Of a stretch of 32,596 bases of DNA, positions 26,361-32,596 are shown piece by piece. Made by a program: the position numbers and the translations under genes. This DNA comes from a virus (taxonomy: Duplodnaviria > Caudoviricetes), in IMG/VR virus record IMGVR_UViG_3300048576_000522, positions 1 through 32,596 of that record; one strand, given 5' to 3'. The notes below the pieces were generated by a model that was not told the origin of the DNA, ran no database searches, and saw nothing but the letters and a program-made list of their open reading frames with translations. How positions within the stretch are numbered: the first letter of the stretch is position 1; each line of letters opens with the position of its first letter.

Positions 26361-29111
26361 TTAAAACGGTATTTCATCGTCTGCCTGAACATACTCAGGA
26401 ATGTCTTTGTCATTCACCCAATCGTTCACTTGGGGATTTTCGAATTGATAACCGACTATCTTGTCAAATTGCTGACCTGGAATATGCTTAACGATTATTT
26501 TTATTGGCTCTCTCAATCTTCCGTTTATGGCAAAATGAACGGCCATTTCAGACTCATCCGGAACAAGACTATCACACCTCTGCTTCCACCAAACTTCGGC
26601 CTTATGGCGTGCAAAACCTGTGTGCTCGAAACATATCCATTCTGAAATATAAGAACCAAAACCTATTTTATATTGCACTCGCATGGTTCGAGGTGATTCG
26701 GTTTTAGCACCTTTCTTGGTGTGAACGTTGTATAACACCTCTTCGACCACGTATTCATTAACACTTGTCTGGTTGGATAGTATTCCTTCAGAACTTGCAG
26801 TAGTATCATGTTTGGTTTTCTCCGGCGGCGGAAATTCGTATCCACAAGCAGGACATCTTGCATAGGCGGCATGAATGATTTCATTACACTGCGGACATTC
26901 TTTTGCAGGTGCATCTCCGCTGCCTCTGACCGCTGCATCTGTAACCCGCAGGCAATCAACAGGGCCATGACGAAGAATATTTCCACCAAAATCCAATACG
27001 AGACAATCTTTTTTGTTTTCATGTAATCTAAAACCCCTTCCACAATTACCGACTATTGAAACTTTACCGTTACGACGCGTAACCAGCGTCCCTTTTTCTG
27101 TTGTTAAACACCAAACCCACTCGTTTCGCTGATATGCAACTGGAGCAAGTTTACACCGATTTGGCACTAAAGCATTTGGGTAACCGGATTGACCACCAAT
27201 AAATGCATACCGCTGTTTTTTGATGTGCAACATAAATTGTCGTTGGGGACGTGGATTCCATTCGCTTGGCTTCTGTTTATGTGTACTCATATTGCAGCGG
27301 AAACCACGTTCTATTGCCAATTGCTGAATTCTATCAGCTAAACGTTGCCTACAACCCAAAGATATATCCATTGTACGTTTGTGATAAGACAGATTTGTCG
27401 GATTACGACCGTTGGCATAATTCATTGACATAAGCAGAATATGAAACTGGCGAACACTTAATGTGTCATACACTGCCGGAATATCTTTATCTATCCATTG
27501 AGAAAGTCGAGACCATCCACTTTTTTCATGGTTAACACCGCGCGGTTGCCCATATGGTATGACAAAGATTAGCCCATCTTGATAAGCAGTCAGTTTTCCC
27601 TTACGATGTATTGGATACTCTCGAAATCCAAATCCACAATCATTCAATACGGCCCGAATTATATCAACATACTTGATGGTGGACTGAGAAATGACGATTG
27701 TATTGTTGCATTGATTGTAGTAGCCATCAGTTAAAAACCATCCAAGAAATGACACCTCAGCATCTGACAGCAGTGCATCTAATGTATAGTTAGTACCGTT
27801 TCCAGAAATCGGAACCAGATATGTATCCTGTCGGGATGCTGCCTCACGAGCCGTCTGTAATTGCCAATTATGAGTACTGCGCGATTTGGAACGAACAACC
27901 ATATTGTGTAAATCTGTCACACGAATATTAAGATGTGAGGCAGTAATCCCATACATTGATTCGCCTGATCGTAAACCCCTGTGGACTTTATCTTGAGCAG
28001 GTGCATAAACAATTTGTTCGGTTTGCATATCAAACGAAGCAACCTCGTCACCGGTAGCGACCTGATGACATTTTCGCCAGCCCCAACGGGTAAGCACCTC
28101 TGTTTCCATATCCAAACACATTTGATAGAAAAGCCCAGGCGACATCGTGGGCCTAAGCATTGCTATACAATCTATGTTAGGTGCATCAAAACCTACGCTT
28201 AAAATATTTACATTACATAAATAGTTGAGTTTTCCGCTTCGAAAATCATCAATCATCTTCTTTCGCCAGCCATCAGGACTATCGCCAGAAACAAAACCAC
28301 ATTCGATATTATGATTTTCCTGGAAAATCCGCTGAATATGTTTTCCATGTTCCACGCCAGCGGCAAAGATAAGAACTGCTTTTCTATCCTGTGTATATTC
28401 AAGAATTTCTAAACACGCAGCTTTAACTCTCGCCTCGGTATCCATCAATTCTTCAAGCTCGTTAGCGATAAATTCGCCACCGCGAACGTGAAGACCGCTT
28501 GTATCAATGCGCGTCTTCGAGGCTTTAGAACGCAGTGGCGATAAGAAACCGTCGCGGATTAATTCTTTAATCCCGATTTCGTAACAAATTTCATTTAGAA
28601 TATTATCCGGGCCGCAAATCATGCCTGTGCCGGTTCTGTATGGCGTCGCGGTGCAGCCAACAATTCTAATATTTGGATTTACTATTTTTGCATCACGCAG
28701 GAACGATAAATACATTCCTTCACCACTTACGGGAATAAGATGGCTTTCATCTATTATGACAAGATCGAACGGTTCAAATTCAAATGCCTTTTTGTAAATG
28801 GATTGAATCGAAGCTGCGATAACCGGCTGGTGCATATCTTTCTGTTTTAATCCTGCAGAATAAATACCAACGAAATTATCACCGAGAAAATGTTTTATCT
28901 TTCCAGCATTCTGTTCGATAAGCTCCTGAACATGTGTAAGAACAAGCACTCGTCCATCCCAAAGCGATACAGCATCACTGCATATCTGGGCAAGGACAAC
29001 GCTTTTACCTGAACCTGTCGGCAAAACAATACAGCCGTTGCCTGTACTTTTTCGCATATTATCGTAACATGCATTAACTGCTTGTTTTTGATATTCACGA
29101 AGCTCTATCAT
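26361..29111 (-). CDS. SF2 DEAD/DEAH-box helicase (RadD/YejH-like) containing an intein
   Basis: LREYQ, LPTGSGKS, IIDESH, TATPYR, GFDAP and motif VI QM/CGRGFR split by the intein; C-terminal CPQC...CPAC zinc ribbon. Confidence 0.9.
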   Translation of the reverse strand: MIELREYQKQAVNACYDNMRKSTGNGCIVLPTGSGKSVVLAQICSDAVSLWDGRVLVLTHVQELIEQNAGKIKHFLGDNFVGIYSAGLKQKDMHQPVIAASIQSIYKKAFEFEPFDLVIIDESHLIPVSGEGMYLSFLRDAKIVNPNIRIVGCTATPYRTGTGMICGPDNILNEICYEIGIKELIRDGFLSPLRSKASKTRIDTSGLHVRGGEFIANELEELMDTEARVKAACLEILEYTQDRKAVLIFAAGVEHGKHIQRIFQENHNIECGFVSGDSPDGWRKKMIDDFRSGKLNYLCNVNILSVGFDAPNIDCIAMLRPTMSPGLFYQMCLDMETEVLTRWGWRKCHQVATGDEVASFDMQTEQIVYAPAQDKVHRGLRSGESMYGITASHLNIRVTDLHNMVVRSKSRSTHNWQLQTAREAASRQDTYLVPISGNGTNYTLDALLSDAEVSFLGWFLTDGYYNQCNNTIVISQSTIKYVDIIRAVLNDCGFGFREYPIHRKGKLTAYQDGLIFVIPYGQPRGVNHEKSGWSRLSQWIDKDIPAVYDTLSVRQFHILLMSMNYANGRNPTNLSYHKRTMDISLGCRQRLADRIQQLAIERGFRCNMSTHKQKPSEWNPRPQRQFMLHIKKQRYAFIGGQSGYPNALVPNRCKLAPVAYQRNEWVWCLTTEKGTLVTRRNGKVSIVGNCGRGFRLHENKKDCLVLDFGGNILRHGPVDCLRVTDAAVRGSGDAPAKECPQCNEIIHAAYARCPACGYEFPPPEKTKHDTTASSEGILSNQTSVNEYVVEEVLYNVHTKKGAKTESPRTMRVQYKIGFGSYISEWICFEHTGFARHKAEVWWKQRCDSLVPDESEMAVHFAINGRLREPIKIIVKHIPGQQFDKIVGYQFENPQVNDWVNDKDIPEYVQADDEIPF
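27045..28118 (-). mobile_element. Intein (358 aa) with LAGLIDADG-type endonuclease
   Basis: Begins CLDMETEVLTRWGW, has block B VTDLHNM and FLGWFLTDG, and ends KVSIVGN followed by Cys+1. Removal restores QMCGRGFR. Confidence 0.92.
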
Positions 29112-29451
29112 TGATTTTCCTTATTGTTACTATTGTTTTTCCGCCATTGACCGGGCTTTTCATAACGGTGGTCAGATGTTTAATCTGGCAATCGTTATGA
29201 AAGGCCCTGCCTTTTTCTAATGCATCAAGAAGCGGCTTTTGAATATTGTCGATATCACGCTTCCGCCTATCCGGCGGGTATGCCCTGACCTTTACTGCGA
29301 GCATACCCGTCATCGGACTGACCCTTGCTGCCATAAGGGCTGAGCAAACTTTACTGCGAAACCTTAGCCCATCAGCCCCTATGAACGTCCTGTTCCCCCG
29401 CCGTTTAAAATAATGATTTATAGTTGGCGGATATGGCAACTCTATGGTCAA
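29095..29451 (-). CDS. rusA: RusA-family Holliday junction resolvase
   Basis: LPYPPTINHY and PPDRRKRDIDNIQKPLLDAL...DCQI. Confidence 0.88.
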   Translation of the reverse strand: MTIELPYPPTINHYFKRRGNRTFIGADGLRFRSKVCSALMAARVSPMTGMLAVKVRAYPPDRRKRDIDNIQKPLLDALEKGRAFHNDCQIKHLTTVMKSPVNGGKTIVTIRKINDRAS

Positions 29452-29903
29452 CGTTTCCAGGGAGCGAGTCCTTTCGCAGCAGATGGAGGATTTTGCATTT
29501 GTGCAGTTTCGCGTTTGCTGTAGGCTTTTATTTCATTTGTTGTTTCATCCGAGTCGTTGCGTTTTTTTACCTTGACTGAAATTTGTAAAGGTAAGTTATG
29601 TAATTGGACTGAATCCGCCGGTGTCATCACACCAACCGCTCGGCAAATATCGGCCAACTGACTTTTTGCGATTTTTACTGTAATCTCGTTTTTGTTTTCC
29701 AGACAAAGTCGCGACCAAACTAAACGGCCTTTGTATTCACCTTCAATAATTTGAAATTGGAGTTCGAGAAGACTGCCATCCCCATTTTTAGTGGGTTTCA
29801 TTTGCGAATTGGTAATAATAGCAATATATTTTCCTGCAGGTATCGGATCAAAATTATCTGCTGGCTCTACATTGTTTGCGTCAAATCCACTAAGATTAGC
29901 CAT
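29448..29903 (-). CDS. DUF669-like protein (putative phage SSB)
   Basis: PIPAGKY, LQFQIIEGEYKGR and NEIKAY, ending PWKR; follows the Sak4-like ATPase. Confidence 0.75.
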   Translation of the reverse strand: MANLSGFDANNVEPADNFDPIPAGKYIAIITNSQMKPTKNGDGSLLELQFQIIEGEYKGRLVWSRLCLENKNEITVKIAKSQLADICRAVGVMTPADSVQLHNLPLQISVKVKKRNDSDETTNEIKAYSKRETAQMQNPPSAAKGLAPWKR

Positions 29904-30639
29904 TGTTTATTTCTCCATTTGATTGAGGTTCATTTGAATTATTAAGAGCGTTGAGAAATGCATCCCATGAAAGAGGGATTTTATTTTCAATACCATATCG
30001 ATTTTTAGCTATCAGCTGGTTAGTCTCTTTTAATTCCAGCTCACGCTGCCCAGATGCTCCAATTTTTGCTGCGCCAACAAAATCACACCATTCAATCATT
30101 GTGTTCATCAGGTCAGGATGAATTTCGGGTGCGGATTTTTCAATCGTTATGCCATCGATGTTTGTTAAACTCTGTCGCGTAACATGCGCCAAAAGCAAAA
30201 CTGATACACCTCGGTTGACAATCTGATCAAGTGTCGGAAGCAAATATTGGTAGACATAATTTCTAAGCACCTGTTTTCCGTTGCCATAACCGCCGTTTGA
30301 ACGGTTGAGTGTTTTATCCATATTCTTGGCATCACCATTAACTCCGGCGACATGTTCCTCAATCCTGCGAAGCAGCCAGTCAATGCTATCAATCACAATC
30401 GATTCAAAGGGGTGCGGGGAGTTGGCAAGAAAATCAAGCCAGACCGCGATTTCATCCCATGTTTTCAGATATGGGCTACGATTACAGGCAACATGACATG
30501 CGCCGTTTTCACAATCAACAATTATGGCCTTGTTGCATCCTGCACCAAAGGTTGTTTTTCCGACGCCCGGTGGGCCATAAACTATGCCTTTTGGGGCTCG
30601 CATATGCGTTTCATTTAAAATAGAATCTAAAAAATTCAT
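29896..30639 (-). CDS. AAA_24/Sak4-like ATPase (single-strand annealing)
   Basis: YGPPGVGKTT, IVIDSIDW, GGYGNG, LLAH and AKNRY. Confidence 0.8.
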   Translation of the reverse strand: MNFLDSILNETHMRAPKGIVYGPPGVGKTTFGAGCNKAIIVDCENGACHVACNRSPYLKTWDEIAVWLDFLANSPHPFESIVIDSIDWLLRRIEEHVAGVNGDAKNMDKTLNRSNGGYGNGKQVLRNYVYQYLLPTLDQIVNRGVSVLLLAHVTRQSLTNIDGITIEKSAPEIHPDLMNTMIEWCDFVGAAKIGASGQRELELKETNQLIAKNRYGIENKIPLSWDAFLNALNNSNEPQSNGEINNG

Positions 30640-30675
30640 TTTTTACCTTTCTTATTGAAATTAATTTATGTACTG

Positions 30676-31257
30676 CTACTCAACGTGAAACATCCCGTAA
30701 GAACCATTCTTTTGTGGACGCCATTCACCAACACCGATTGCAAATCCTGCGGTATTAAATAAATTTGTTACCTGCTCGGCAGATAAAACATTTGCGTTAT
30801 ATCTAATATCAAGTTTTACAGACCACGTCTTAAATTCACCGCGATATCGAATATCTGCGCCGCTAAAAATTCTGACCATGTCTTCCCGCATTGCAGGTTT
30901 TGAACCTTCGATAATTGCCATCTCGCCATTAATATGAAATGCGCCGCGAGCCTCAACTTTGGTCACACCATCAACATGCGAACAAGCGTTGACCGCTGCA
31001 GCTTTGAATGCAACAACAGGAAATCCATATTTGCCATCAGGCAGTACATAGAGAGAGCTGAGAAAATCCTGCTGTGGGTCTTTTGCCTCTTTAGCGGTTT
31101 TAGCTTTTTTCATTTGCTTTTGAAGCATTTCGCGTTTGGCCTTTTCATTCCACCTGTGACAAATCAGCGGACTATCACCAACCAGCTTTATCATCAGCCG
31201 CTGAATATTTAATTTTGGAAGTTCAATAATTTGTGTTTGTTCTTTTACTTTTGCCAT
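30676..31257 (-). CDS. Stand-alone RAMP/Cas7-like RNA-binding protein
   Basis: RAMP-type pattern: first strand IKLVGDSPLICH, helix FPVVAFKAAAVNA, and C-terminal Gly-rich loop IGVGEWRPQKNGSYGMFHV. GAAAGG RBS. Confidence 0.7.
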   Translation of the reverse strand: MAKVKEQTQIIELPKLNIQRLMIKLVGDSPLICHRWNEKAKREMLQKQMKKAKTAKEAKDPQQDFLSSLYVLPDGKYGFPVVAFKAAAVNACSHVDGVTKVEARGAFHINGEMAIIEGSKPAMREDMVRIFSGADIRYRGEFKTWSVKLDIRYNANVLSAEQVTNLFNTAGFAIGVGEWRPQKNGSYGMFHVE

Positions 31258-31304
31258 GCTAATAACCTTTCAAAAAAATGTTTTTAAAATATTCTTATTC
31301 AATT

Positions 31305-31534
31305 TCCTTGCCTGCCCGACCATGCCTCACCGCGCCGAGCCCCGTCTCGCCTCAGACCGCCATACCCCACCCCGCCTCGCCAGCCACACCGCGCCATGCC
31401 GTACCCGACCTCAGCCTAACCCGCCAAGCCCCACCTGCCGAACCATGCCATACCCCACCGCGACCGACCATAACTGGCCTCGCCTGCCACGCCTAGCCCC
31501 ACACCACCTCGCGCCCCTTGCCATACCTCGCCAT
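31305..31534 (-). repeat. GGY-NN pentamer array adjacent to the RAMP-like gene (putative guide ncRNA)
   Basis: About 42 RCC-NN units on the plus strand with RCCWGCC dividers at 31310, 31379, 31433 and 31482, giving segments of 13, 10, 9 and about 10 units. It fills the intergenic gap. Confidence 0.88.
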
Positions 31535-31547
31535 GAATAGTCATTCA

Positions 31548-32009
31548 TCAAATTTTAATTAAATCAATCAGATCAAAAATATTTGCAAATTGCTGAAGGT
31601 CTTTATATTTCTGCCGCCATGCTTTCAGTTCTTCGTAAGCGCTTGCGAGAACAAATTCCCACTGTTCGGGATCATTTACAGCTCGGTGGATTGAAGTGTA
31701 GACTGGTTCATCGTTTTTTTTGATGGATACAAAAGCCCGAACTAAAAGCGGCTCATCATCCGGGACTTGCTGCACTACTACAATTGACCTCAGCATATAT
31801 TTAGCCTGCTCGATACGGTATTTCTCAGCGGCGAGCTTATTATTCCATTCAAAGCATCTGTGTATTGGGGATGTAACTGCCTGTGCATGGGCAACAATAT
31901 TGTGGGGTTTTATACAGCCACCGTTTTGAACTGTAATTCGCTGAATTTCTTCACCGACAATCTGAGCGGGTACTTGTCCTAACGACTGGTTTTTCCATCT
32001 GTAAATCAT
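31548..32009 (-). CDS. Hypothetical protein flanking the array (candidate accessory factor)
   Basis: 153 aa with SPIHRCFEWNNKLAAEKYRIEQAKYMLRSI; GAAAGG RBS; stops 13 nt before the array. Confidence 0.7.
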   Translation of the reverse strand: MIYRWKNQSLGQVPAQIVGEEIQRITVQNGGCIKPHNIVAHAQAVTSPIHRCFEWNNKLAAEKYRIEQAKYMLRSIVVVQQVPDDEPLLVRAFVSIKKNDEPVYTSIHRAVNDPEQWEFVLASAYEELKAWRQKYKDLQQFANIFDLIDLIKI

Positions 32010-32062
32010 GCAACAACCTTTCTAATAGTGTCTAATGCCGACATACTTTTCCTTTCGATAAA

Positions 32063-32596
32063 TTAAATCTTCTTACCTTGTTCTATTTCTTCTTGAGATA
32101 TTTCATTAAGTGAGACTTCGGTTGGTATTGTTTGGGGCATTTCGCCCTCTTGGTCGCTGATAGCCAACCTGCTCCTCTCGGCCATTTCATCCAATGTTCG
32201 CTGGCACATGGTGTAAAAATGGAGCTTGTTTCTGTTTTCATCGCCTACTACATATTTCGAAGCTATTGTTCTTGCCCGGCGAAAACCGAACTTTTTGAAT
32301 TCTGCGACAACATTTGGCATCAATCCATACTGCCAGGCATCAAGCATATCTCGATAACTTTCAAACCAACTGCGAACGACAGAATTATTTGGCATCTGAA
32401 GTCTGGCCTTCATAAGCGATTTTAAAGCGGCATCAATACCAGCAGTTTTGAGGATACCATCAACTTTGCGAAGCAATATCCTGGCCTTACGTTCTTTTTG
32501 TGCTTCTATCGAGAGCTTAGAGGTAATAGATTTTTTAGTGTTCGCTATTTTTCCATCTGTTTTATTTTGGCCATCATACCGTTCCAAGTTTGTCAT
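32063..32596 (-). CDS. Hypothetical protein
   Basis: 177-aa helical ORF starting at the window edge. No motif recognised. Confidence 0.55.
   Translation of the reverse strand: MTNLERYDGQNKTDGKIANTKKSITSKLSIEAQKERKARILLRKVDGILKTAGIDAALKSLMKARLQMPNNSVVRSWFESYRDMLDAWQYGLMPNVVAEFKKFGFRRARTIASKYVVGDENRNKLHFYTMCQRTLDEMAERSRLAISDQEGEMPQTIPTEVSLNEISQEEIEQGKKI

Noticed and set aside
30848-30859. Last four dinucleotides of one array segment (GC GA AT CG) match GCA GAT ATT CGA in the RAMP gene
   Set aside because: Only 8 specified bases, so about one chance hit is expected in this window. The rest of the segment does not match. Worth retesting only against homologues.
31305-31534. Classical CRISPR array or simple microsatellite
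   Set aside because: There are no 23-50 bp identical repeats with spacers. The variable dinucleotides and regular dividers do not fit slippage of a single unit.
31256-31540. Plus-strand Pro/Arg-rich ORFs (94 and 72 aa)
   Set aside because: They are translations of the C-rich pentamer array. The 5-nt period is not codon-compatible and they are antisense to the operon.
1-32596. Integrase, att sites, repressor, other cas genes, reverse transcriptase
   Set aside because: None was recognised in this window. Prophage status and host cannot be established from it.

Overview
This window is the middle of a lambda-like (GpA terminase, lambda-family portal) siphovirus or prophage, and almost all genes are on the minus strand. 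The gene set suggests a Planctomycetota-type host, but that is an inference. Reading from the right end, it contains: an early/replication module (Sak4-like ATPase, DUF669 protein, RusA, an intein-containing SF2 helicase, a primase-helicase and an iteron-like putative origin); a putative cos site; a DNA-modification cluster (ParB-like protein, two beta-class methyltransferases and a Mom-like enzyme); a small plus-strand cassette; the terminase; a two-gene DUF488 moron; an fMet-like tRNA; and the head and tail genes, including a -1 frameshifted tail chaperone. The strongest signal is a stand-alone 193-aa RAMP/Cas7-like gene (30676-31257) directly downstream of a non-coding array built from 5-nt units (constant GGY plus a variable dinucleotide) and divided by GGCWGGY. 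A second, orphan array with the same grammar lies 9 kb away (22268-22429). Together these look like a minimal non-CRISPR RNA-guided system. Other notable features are a ParB-methyltransferase split into three coupled genes with complementary Cys knuckles, a tRNA-like cloverleaf hidden in the 3' end of the mom-like gene, and heptamer-built palindromes between late genes. All family calls are from motif recognition by eye; no database was searched.
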